Position numbers and translations under genes: made by a program
Notes under the pieces: model-generated
The model's database searches: none
What the model saw: the letters and a program-made list of their open reading frames with translations, nothing else
Told to the model about the DNA's origin: nothing
Assembly (NCBI GenBank): GCA_005893275.1
Contig: VBOW01000032.1
Location: 10,088 to 74,087 of the forward strand
Reading direction: 5' to 3'
DNA: 64,000 nt
From: Candidatus Eiseniibacteriota bacterium
GTDB lineage: Bacteria; Eisenbacteria; RBG-16-71-46; SZUA-252
Part shown: positions 56,809-64,000 of the stretch, in pieces
Position numbering within the stretch: position 1 is the first letter of the stretch
How the letters are laid out: each line of letters starts with the position of its first letter

Positions 56809-57326
56809 TCCCATCGCGGCGGCGCCGCGAGCCGGGCTTCACCTTGCCCGAGCTGCTCATCGTGATCGTGGTCGCTTCGATCGTCGCGGTCGCGTTTTCA
56901 GCCATGTTCATCGAGGCGGTGAAGACCTACCAGTTCATGGACGCCGAGAAGGACATGCTCGAGGACGCCCGATACGCCGAGGAGCGGGTCTCACGCGAGC
57001 TCAAGCGGGTGAAGGACTCGACCAGCATCGTGGCCGCGAGCGCGACCACCCTCGCCTTCGTGGACCGGAGCAACGCCACGGTGAGCTTCTCCTGGAGCGG
57101 CGTCTCCGGAGCGAATCTCCTCTACACCAAGAACGGATCCTCCCAGACGCTCGCCAAGGGCGTGGACTCGCTCGCGTTCCAGTACTGGAAAGAGAACGGG
57201 ACGGCGGCCGCGCCGGTTCTGTCGCCGTCCGCGACCGACATCTGGCGCGTCACCGTCTATATGAGGCTCATCAAGGGCTCCCAAACCGTCTCTTCCTTCG
57301 GCGCCGCATTCCTGAGGTCGCTATGA
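56790..57326 (+). CDS. minor pilin / pseudopilin (PilW/GspJ-like)
   Basis: Prepilin motif PG|FTLPELLIVIVVASIVAV. Confidence 0.7.
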   Translation: MVHELLIPSRRRREPGFTLPELLIVIVVASIVAVAFSAMFIEAVKTYQFMDAEKDMLEDARYAEERVSRELKRVKDSTSIVAASATTLAFVDRSNATVSFSWSGVSGANLLYTKNGSSQTLAKGVDSLAFQYWKENGTAAAPVLSPSATDIWRVTVYMRLIKGSQTVSSFGAAFLRSL

Positions 57327-58759
57327 GCCGGCGCGCTGCGGCCCCGGACGCGGGCTTCTCGGTCGTGCTCGCGGTGTTCTCGATCCTCCTCCTCGTCACG
57401 CTGGGGATCGCGATGGTGTCGATCGTGGTCGAGGACTCCGACCTCTCGGTCGCCCACGTGCAGGAGAACCAGGCGTTCTACGCCGCGCACGCCGGGCTGG
57501 AGTACGCACTGGCCAAGCTTGCGGCGAACTGGTCCTGGGGCGGGCTTCCGTCTCCAGGGAAGAACGTCGGCGCGGGCTCCTTCTGGATCGCCCCCCCCGA
57601 CGCCGTCGATGAGAACGGGAACCCGCTCCCCGCGGGAAGGAAGCGGGTCATCTCCACCGGAGTCGTCGCCGGCACCAAGCGGGAGATCCAGGTGCAGGTC
57701 ACCGGCGGATTGATTTCAACCCACGCGGGCACCGGGGCGGCGGGGTATTCGGGCGACGTCGGCGCGGCCACGTCCGCCCAGCTGCGGCATCCGGAAGGCG
57801 TGGCCGTCGCGTCCAACGGGGACGTCTACTTCGCGGACACCGACAACAACGTCGTCCGCAAGGTGGCGTTCGCGACCGGGGTCATTACCACCGTCGCGGG
57901 GACCGGAAGCCCGGGATCGAGCGGCGACGGCGGGCTCGCGACATCCGCGCAGCTCAAGACCCCGGAAGATGTGTTCGTGACCGCGAGCGGCGACCTCTAC
58001 ATCGCCGACACCGGGAATCACGAGATCCGCAGGGTCTCTGCCGCGACCGGAATCATCACGACGGCTGCCGGGAACGGGAGCCCAGGCTCGAGCGGCGATG
58101 GCGGTGCCGCCACGTCGGCGCGCCTGAACTCCCCGAGGGGCATCGCCGTGGCGTCGAACGGAGACTTCTACATCGGCGACCGTTCGAACAACAAGATCCG
58201 CAAGGTGACGGCCTTGATCGGGCTCATCACGACCTACGCCGGGACCGGGACGGCCGGGTACTCCGGAGACGGGGCGCTGGCGGCCGCGGCGCGGCTGAAC
58301 CGGCCGCAGGGAATCCATCTTGCCTCGAACGGCGATCTCTACATCGCGGATGCGCAGAACAGCGCGATCCGAAAGGTCGCGGCCGGGACCGGGATCATCA
58401 CTACCTACGCGGGCACCGGCGCGGCGGGCTTTTCCGGTGACGGCGGGGCGGCGACATCGGCCCAGCTCAACGGCCCGGAGGCGGTTCACCCGAGCTCGGT
58501 CGGGGACCTCTACATCGCCGACACCGGCAACAATCGGATCCGACGCGTGTCCCCGGGCGGAACGATCACCACCGTCGCAGGCACCGGAACCGCCGGCGCG
58601 GCGGGGGACGGCGGCGCCGCCACGGCGGCCCAGCTCGACACGCCGCGCGGAATCGGCTTGAGCTCCACGGGCGCGTACTACATCGGCGATCGAAACAACA
58701 ACAAGATCCGGAAGGTCATGAGCTTCGCCGTCGTGGCCTGGGTCGAGACGCGGACGTAG
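57323..58759 (+). CDS. PilX/GspK-like minor pilin fused to a six-bladed NHL-repeat beta-propeller
   Basis: N-terminal AG|FSVVLAVFSILLLVTLGIAMV prepilin-like segment, then six repeats of ...GDGG.ATSAQL..P.G.AV...GD.YIAD..N..IRKV (NHL repeat). ATGA overlap. Confidence 0.7.
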   Translation: MSRRAAAPDAGFSVVLAVFSILLLVTLGIAMVSIVVEDSDLSVAHVQENQAFYAAHAGLEYALAKLAANWSWGGLPSPGKNVGAGSFWIAPPDAVDENGNPLPAGRKRVISTGVVAGTKREIQVQVTGGLISTHAGTGAAGYSGDVGAATSAQLRHPEGVAVASNGDVYFADTDNNVVRKVAFATGVITTVAGTGSPGSSGDGGLATSAQLKTPEDVFVTASGDLYIADTGNHEIRRVSAATGIITTAAGNGSPGSSGDGGAATSARLNSPRGIAVASNGDFYIGDRSNNKIRKVTALIGLITTYAGTGTAGYSGDGALAAAARLNRPQGIHLASNGDLYIADAQNSAIRKVAAGTGIITTYAGTGAAGFSGDGGAATSAQLNGPEAVHPSSVGDLYIADTGNNRIRRVSPGGTITTVAGTGTAGAAGDGGAATAAQLDTPRGIGLSSTGAYYIGDRNNNKIRKVMSFAVVAWVETRT

Positions 58760-58770
58760 GGGAGGAGATC

Positions 58771-60561
58771 GTGGGGAGCGACGTCGAGAAAAAGCCACAG
58801 CGGAGAGGGTTCGCGGCCTTCCTTCACGGCGCGCCCGTGCGCGCGGGATCGCTCCTCCCGGCACGTATGCGGTCCCTGCTCGCCGCGCCCTGGCCGGATC
58901 TTGTGGGTGTGGACCTGAGCGACCGCGCGGTGAGGGTGGTGCGCGTGGTGAGGCGCGGCTCCCACGTCAGCCGCATCGAGAGCGCCGAGCGCGCCCTTCC
59001 CACCGCGGACCTGAAGCCGGCCGATCGCCGGGCGGCTCTGCGGAGCGCGCTCCGCGACCTGGTTCGTGAGCAGGCGCTCCGGGGAAAACACGCCTCGGCC
59101 GCCGTCTCGGGAAACGATGTGGTGATTCGGCGCATGTCGCTGCCCGAAATGAGCCGGTCGGACCTTCTGGCCGCGCTCGCCCTCGAATGCCGCAAGCACG
59201 TCAATTTCCCGATCGAGGACGCCGAGATCCGCTACGAGGTCGTGGGTCGGGAAGGCCCTGCCGAGCGCCCCGAGCTCTTGCTCAACGTTTGCGTCGCGCA
59301 CCGCCGCCGGCTTGCGGAGATTCGCGAGGCGGTCGAGGAGTCCGGGCTTCGCGCCTCGCTCCTCACGATCCGGCCCGTGGCGCTTCGCGCGCTCCTGCGC
59401 GCGACCGGCGCGACGGCGCCCGATGAGGTCGTGGCCTATCTCGACATGGGAGCCGCCAACACGCACATCACGGTGCTCAAGGGAGAGGACGTTCGTTTCT
59501 CGCGCGAATTCGGGGTCGGCGGGGCGACTCTGACGGAGGCGCTCCGCGCGATCGTCGTGCCGGGGCAGGGCACGATCGAGCTCTCCTACGAGGAGGCGGA
59601 ATCCTTGAAGCGGGCGCACGGGATCCCGTTCGGTCAGGAAGAGGCGGTCCAGGCCGGCCGCATCCCGCTCTCCGCAGTTTCCATCATGCTCCGGCCCATC
59701 CTCGAGCGGCTGGTGCGCGAGCTCTGGAACTCCTTCGACTACTGCAACGAACAGTTCCAGGGTGAGACCGTGACCCGGCTCGTGCTCCTGGGCGCGGGCT
59801 CCCGGGTCAAGAACCTCGCCGATTACCTGACAGGGGTTCTCAAGATCCCCGTCGCTCGGGCCGATCTTGCAGAAAGCATGGCGGATGTCGCGCCGCGGCC
59901 GATGCGCGGGGCTGCATCCGGGGCGGTCCTCCCCTCGGAATCGGGGCTCGGGCTCGCGCTGACCGAACGAGGCGCGCTCAATTTCGCGACCCCGGCCTGG
60001 GCGGGGGTCCCCTACCGGCTCGCCGAGGCGATTCCGCAGCGGGTTGCCGCGGCGGCGGCGGCGGTGCTCCTGATCTCCGTCGCCCTCCCGTCGCATTGGG
60101 GGGTCGTGCAGGAGCGGCGCAGGGTCGAGACGCTCCGGAGGGGCCTCGAGGAGCTCTCGCCGCGCATCGACTCGGTGCGGCGGTTCCGCGCGGCGCGGGA
60201 GGAAGAGACGAGGCTCCATGACTTGCTCGCCCACCTGACCGGGGGTCAGGTGCTGTGGTCGTATGCGCTGCGCGACTTGAGCCATCGGATCGGGCCCGAC
60301 GTGAGGCTGACCTCGTTGGAGGTTCTGGAGCCGCAGGCGGTCGCGGGGGCGGCGGCCGCGGCCGCGCCGGTGTCCCGCGCGAGGCAGATCCGCCTCATGG
60401 GGCTTCTGCGGACGCAGAACCGCAGGCCGGAGGACGTGGTCGGAGAGCTGATGCAGTCGCTCGAAAGCTCCCCGATTTTCGTGCAGGTGCGGCTCGAGGG
60501 ATGCCAAGCGGTGACGGGCTCGGTGAGCAGCTTCACCGTCACCGCGGAAATCGCGGAATAG
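58771..60561 (+). CDS. pilM: PilM-PilN fusion protein (actin-like PilM N-terminal ~370 aa, PilN TM + periplasmic region)
   Basis: LVGVDLSDRAVRVVRV... actin-like ATPase fold, then a TM segment (VAAAAAAVLLISVALP) and a PilN-like coiled-coil. GTG start with GGGGAGGAG directly upstream. Confidence 0.75.
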   Translation: MGSDVEKKPQRRGFAAFLHGAPVRAGSLLPARMRSLLAAPWPDLVGVDLSDRAVRVVRVVRRGSHVSRIESAERALPTADLKPADRRAALRSALRDLVREQALRGKHASAAVSGNDVVIRRMSLPEMSRSDLLAALALECRKHVNFPIEDAEIRYEVVGREGPAERPELLLNVCVAHRRRLAEIREAVEESGLRASLLTIRPVALRALLRATGATAPDEVVAYLDMGAANTHITVLKGEDVRFSREFGVGGATLTEALRAIVVPGQGTIELSYEEAESLKRAHGIPFGQEEAVQAGRIPLSAVSIMLRPILERLVRELWNSFDYCNEQFQGETVTRLVLLGAGSRVKNLADYLTGVLKIPVARADLAESMADVAPRPMRGAASGAVLPSESGLGLALTERGALNFATPAWAGVPYRLAEAIPQRVAAAAAAVLLISVALPSHWGVVQERRRVETLRRGLEELSPRIDSVRRFRAAREEETRLHDLLAHLTGGQVLWSYALRDLSHRIGPDVRLTSLEVLEPQAVAGAAAAAAPVSRARQIRLMGLLRTQNRRPEDVVGELMQSLESSPIFVQVRLEGCQAVTGSVSSFTVTAEIAE

Positions 60562-60570
60562 CGGGAGACC

Positions 60571-61140
60571 ATGACCGTTTCACTCCGACATCCGCTCTTG
60601 GGGCACGCGGCGATCCTCGCCTCGCTGTTGCTCTCGATCGGGGTCGTGCGAACGGTCTATATCGAGCCGAGGGTCCGCGAGGCGCATTCGCTTCGCTCGG
60701 GTGAGGCGCGTCTCCAGACCGAGCTTTTCGATTTGCAATCCGGCATCCATGAAATGGAGGGCTGGACCAAGGCGCACCCCGGGCAGGATCTCTGGACGTT
60801 CCACGTGCGAAAGGCGCTTCCGTCGCGGGACATGGTGGCGGCGTTCCTTCGCTCGATCGTGCCGCTGGCGAACCGGCACAAGGTCAGGACCGAGCTGATT
60901 CAGCCGGCGGGGACTCTGATGGACGAGACGGTGAGCGATGCCGCCGGGAACCCCATGACCTATCGCAGGGCAGAGCTTCGATTTCGGATCTACGCGAAGT
61001 ACCAGGATCTGGGCGAGTACCTGGGCGACATCGAAGCGATGGACCAGCTCGTCGTGGTGCGGTGGGTTTCGCTTCAGAGCGCCGCCGCGAATACCGAGCT
61101 GGCCGCCGACGTGGCGATCTGGCTCTTCGGGACGCCGTGA
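60571..61140 (+). CDS. pilO: type IV pilus assembly protein PilO
   Basis: N-terminal TM helix, coiled-coil and a ferredoxin-like periplasmic domain. Position after pilMN. Confidence 0.65.
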   Translation: MTVSLRHPLLGHAAILASLLLSIGVVRTVYIEPRVREAHSLRSGEARLQTELFDLQSGIHEMEGWTKAHPGQDLWTFHVRKALPSRDMVAAFLRSIVPLANRHKVRTELIQPAGTLMDETVSDAAGNPMTYRRAELRFRIYAKYQDLGEYLGDIEAMDQLVVVRWVSLQSAAANTELAADVAIWLFGTP

Positions 61141-61149
61141 GGGGGAGCG

Positions 61150-61656
61150 ATGGATTGGTTCCGCGACCAGATGAAGAAGGGAATGAACCCGAGGACCTGG
61201 GTCTTGATGGGCTTCCTGGTCGGGGTGCTCTTTTGGGTTCACGCTCTCGACCAGAAGCAGAAGGCGCTCCGGGCGAAACGCCCCGCCGTGACGCTCGCGC
61301 CGGCGACGGCGATCGCTTCGTTCGATCGGAGGAAAGAGCGCGATACGGCACACGCCTCGATGACCCCGCCGGGATGGGGAAGCGATCCCTTCCAGAGGCG
61401 GGTCGCCGACACGAGGGAATCGCCCGGAACCGTGAGGGCGCTCGCCCGGGTCAGCCCGTCGCCGGCGGGAACCGGCCTCTTTTTGCAAGGAATCATGGAA
61501 GGGCCCCTGGGGAAGACGGCGCTCATCAACGGGGACATCTACCGCGAGGGGCAGCGGATCGGATCGCGGGAAGTGATCCAGATCGGTCGGAGGTCGGTGA
61601 TGCTCCTCGACCATGGAAACGTCACGACGCTCATGCTCAAAGGAGAGGGTTCATGA
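61150..61656 (+). CDS. pilP: type IV pilus assembly protein PilP (pilot lipoprotein-like)
   Basis: N-terminal membrane anchor, GSDPF motif and a C-terminal beta-domain. Precedes the secretin. Confidence 0.6.
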   Translation: MDWFRDQMKKGMNPRTWVLMGFLVGVLFWVHALDQKQKALRAKRPAVTLAPATAIASFDRRKERDTAHASMTPPGWGSDPFQRRVADTRESPGTVRALARVSPSPAGTGLFLQGIMEGPLGKTALINGDIYREGQRIGSREVIQIGRRSVMLLDHGNVTTLMLKGEGS

Positions 61657-62966
61657 AACGGCTGGCCGCCGTCCTGGGACTGATCGCCTGGTTGGGCGTT
61701 GGTCCCGCGGCCGCCGCATCCGGGCAGGAGGCACGGGCGTCGTTCAATTTCAAGGACGCGCGCGTGCAGGACGCGATCCGCCTCATCGCGACCCAGTTCG
61801 GCCTGAGCGTCGTCGTTGGAAAAGACGCCGGCGGCACGCTGACCGCGAACCTGAACGGCGTGACGATGGAGCAGGCCATGGCCTACGTGGCCGAGGCGAC
61901 CGGGTGCGAATACACCCTCAGCGACAAGGTCCTCGTCGTGAACCCGGCGGGGCTCCAGTCGCGGGTCTTTCCGCTCCGCTACCTCGATCCCGCCGCCGCG
62001 GCCGAAGCGCTGCAGAAGGTCCTCGGCCCGCGCGGCCAGGCGCAGCCGTTCTCCGGTCGGCCGAAAGAGGGTCTGATCCAACACTCGAGCGCCTTCTCGA
62101 ACGCGCTCATCGTCACCGACACGAGCGCGCGCCTGGCGGACGTGGCGCGGGTGATTTCCGAGATGGACGTGAGGCCCAAGCTGATCGCCATCGAGGCGAA
62201 GCTCGTCGAGACGACACTCGGCCACGACGAGAAGCTGGGCGTGGACTGGCAAATCCGGGCGAGCGCGACCGGGGCGACGCTCCCGACCACGTTCCCGTTT
62301 CCCAAATCGCAAGGGTCCGGAGATTTCACCGGTACGCCGAACCCGAACAACCAGGTCGGCGGCGTCGGTCCGGCATTCCCGCCGGGACAGACGTTTCCGT
62401 TCACGGTTCCTGGAGACTACGTGTTCGGGAAGCTCTCGTTCGAGGAGTTCAACGTCGCGCTCGATATCTTGAAACAGTCCTCCAGCACGAACCTGGTCTC
62501 CGCGCCGAAGATCACGACGCTCGACAACCAGGAAGCGGAGATCATCGTGGGGACGGTTGTTCCGATCGCCCGGTACGAGCACACAGAGCAGACCGGGGCG
62601 CTCCAGATTTCCGGTTACGACGAGAAGAAGGTCGGCGTCAGGCTCCTGGTCACGCCGCACGTGGGGCCCGACAGCACGATGATTCTGGCGGTCAACCCGG
62701 AGATCAGCGAGATCGTCGAATACCGCGGTCAGTTCAATGAGCGCCCCGTGACCTCGACGCGGTCCGCCACCACGCAGGTGGAAGTCAAGAGCGGCGAGAC
62801 CGTCATGATCGGGGGGCTCATCCGGTCGGTCGACATGTCGATCGAGCGAAAGGTGCCCGTCCTGGGCGATATTCCGATTCTCAATTATCTGTTCCGCCAC
62901 AAGACCACCTCGAAGCAGAAGGTGGATCTCATGATCTTCATCACGCCGCACTTGCTCGAGCCGTAG
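61653..62966 (+). CDS. pilQ: type IV pilus secretin PilQ (short form, N0 + secretin domain)
   Basis: Signal peptide MKRLAAVLGLIAWLGVGPAAAA and a secretin domain (VPVLGDIPILNYLFRHKT..DLMIFITPHL). ATGA overlap. AAAGGAGAGGG SD. Confidence 0.8.
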   Translation: MKRLAAVLGLIAWLGVGPAAAASGQEARASFNFKDARVQDAIRLIATQFGLSVVVGKDAGGTLTANLNGVTMEQAMAYVAEATGCEYTLSDKVLVVNPAGLQSRVFPLRYLDPAAAAEALQKVLGPRGQAQPFSGRPKEGLIQHSSAFSNALIVTDTSARLADVARVISEMDVRPKLIAIEAKLVETTLGHDEKLGVDWQIRASATGATLPTTFPFPKSQGSGDFTGTPNPNNQVGGVGPAFPPGQTFPFTVPGDYVFGKLSFEEFNVALDILKQSSSTNLVSAPKITTLDNQEAEIIVGTVVPIARYEHTEQTGALQISGYDEKKVGVRLLVTPHVGPDSTMILAVNPEISEIVEYRGQFNERPVTSTRSATTQVEVKSGETVMIGGLIRSVDMSIERKVPVLGDIPILNYLFRHKTTSKQKVDLMIFITPHLLEP

Positions 62967-62980
62967 GGAGGGAAAAGGTC

Positions 62981-63379
62981 ATGAATCAGACTCAGCCGCG
63001 CGCGCGGGTGCTGGTGGTGGACGACGAGGCGGACCTCGTCCGAATCCTGCAATTCGGACTCGAGGCGATCGGGTACCACGTCGATACGGCATCGGACGGA
63101 CAGGAAGGGCTGAAGAAGGCCCGGGATCTGAAGCCGGACATCATTCTCCTCGACCTCATGCTCCCGAAACTCGACGGGTACAAGGTCTGCCGGCTTCTCA
63201 AATTCGACGAACGATACAAGAACATTCCCATCATCATCCTCTCCGCCCGGACGCAGGAGGGGGACCAGTTGCTCGCGATGGAGATGGGCGCGAATCGATT
63301 CGTCACCAAGCCGTACGACTTCGCCGAAGTGCTGAGCCACATCGAGACGCTCCTGAAATCCGTGCCCACGAGCTCGTAG
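62981..63379 (+). CDS. stand-alone CheY-like response regulator (PilH-like)
   Basis: VLVVDDEADLVRIL...DIILLDLMLPKLDG...K. Receiver domain only. Confidence 0.75.
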   Translation: MNQTQPRARVLVVDDEADLVRILQFGLEAIGYHVDTASDGQEGLKKARDLKPDIILLDLMLPKLDGYKVCRLLKFDERYKNIPIIILSARTQEGDQLLAMEMGANRFVTKPYDFAEVLSHIETLLKSVPTSS

Positions 63380-63464
63380 CGTCGGGGAATTCCCCGCTTG
63401 ACCTCGGGCGGCCGGGGACCGTAGCGTTGTCATGCGATCGCATCGCTCAACTCCAGCCCCTGAG

Positions 63465-64000
63465 ATGACTCCGAAAAACACGACCGAAACCGCATCCGAA
63501 CCCGCGCGCGAGACACGGACCGCTCCCGGGCCGCCCCCGATCGTGGACACCATCCTCGAAACCGTCGGGAACACTCCCATGGTGCGCCTCCGCCACCTCG
63601 CGGCCGAGTGCCCCGCGACGGTGCTGGCGAAGGTCGAATCCTTCAATCCCGGCGGCTCCGTCAAGGACCGCATCGCGGTTGCGATCGTGCAGGAGGCCGA
63701 GGCGAAAGGGCTCCTGAAGCCGGGGGGCATCATCGTCGAGGCGACTTCCGGAAACACGGGAATGGGGCTCGCGCTGGTCGCCGCGGTGAAGGGCTACCGC
63801 GCGATCTTCGTGATGCCGGACAAGGTGAGCAAGGAGAAGATCAATCTATTGAAATCCTTCGGCGCCGAGGTCGTGATCACCCCGACGGCGCTCCCTCCCG
63901 ACTCGCCCGAATCCTACTACGAGGTCGCCAAGCGGATCGGGCGCGAGATGCCGGGCGCCTACCTCGCGAATCAATACTACAACCCCACGAACCCCGAGGC
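63465..64000 (+). CDS. cysK: cysteine synthase (PLP-dependent), 5' part: continues beyond window end
   Basis: DTILETVGNTPMVRL...SFNPGGSVKDRIA (PLP lysine) ...TSGNTGMGLA. In-frame ATGs at 63432 and 63465; the N-terminal extension is unusual. Confidence 0.7.
   Translation, partial: MTPKNTTETASEPARETRTAPGPPPIVDTILETVGNTPMVRLRHLAAECPATVLAKVESFNPGGSVKDRIAVAIVQEAEAKGLLKPGGIIVEATSGNTGMGLALVAAVKGYRAIFVMPDKVSKEKINLLKSFGAEVVITPTALPPDSPESYYEVAKRIGREMPGAYLANQYYNPTNPE

Noticed and set aside
57700-58700. Tandem DNA repeats or CRISPR-like periodicity inside the pilX-NHL gene
   Set aside because: The periodicity is the ~144-nt NHL protein repeat within an open frame. The units are diverged and in-frame, with no spacer/repeat alternation and no adjacent cas genes.

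Overview
This window is a densely coding, high-GC (~68%) bacterial chromosomal segment. Coding is on the minus strand from 1 to ~13.5 kb and from 16.6 to 26.7 kb, and on the plus strand otherwise. Many of the listed six-frame ORFs are antisense shadows, which is typical for high-GC DNA. I call about 62 genes. No rRNA or tRNA genes, CRISPR arrays or mobile elements were seen.

Main blocks, in order:
- ETF-QO (partial) and trxB.
- A coupled operon of queG, dienelactone hydrolase, NUDIX and an alpha/beta hydrolase.
- A LonN-domain protein, nth, a peroxiredoxin and an MBL-fold hydrolase.
- A minus-strand operon: DUF2203, O-methyltransferase, PolX, thermolysin-like protease.
- A Tat-signal TldD with TldE.
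- A frameshifted FNR/TrxR-like gene, a metallophosphoesterase, an MFS transporter and an OMP beta-barrel gene with a canonical terminator.
- aspA, lipB and a 2-oxoacid dehydrogenase E2/E1beta/E1alpha operon with an embedded thioesterase.
- mrp, then DUF971 plus a split cobalamin-independent MetE-like pair, then a MacAB-type efflux set.
- hemC, serS, a histidine kinase with a receiver-PglZ (PorX-like) regulator, tsaE-tsaB-rimI-accD-folC, a giant LptD-like protein and HU.
- A 13-kb one-strand type IV pilus superoperon: pilB, pilC, pilA, a GT-C glycosyltransferase, three minor pilins, an NHL-propeller PilX-like protein, pilMN, pilO, pilP, pilQ and a CheY-like regulator.
- The start of cysK.

The most unusual locus is 47836..49179. 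A secretion signal, a catalytically degenerate 5'-nucleotidase-like domain and four CxxCH haem motifs lie in one frame, interrupted only by an in-frame TGA at 47980. A stem-loop 31 nt downstream of it fits bacterial SECIS geometry. This is either a candidate periplasmic selenoprotein cytochrome of a type I do not recognise, or a nonsense pseudogene.

Other points of note are listed under findings: pervasive GTGA/ATGA start-stop overlaps, a split MetE, an FNR-like frameshift, a phosphoesterase with no canonical start codon, and a Tat-exported TldD.
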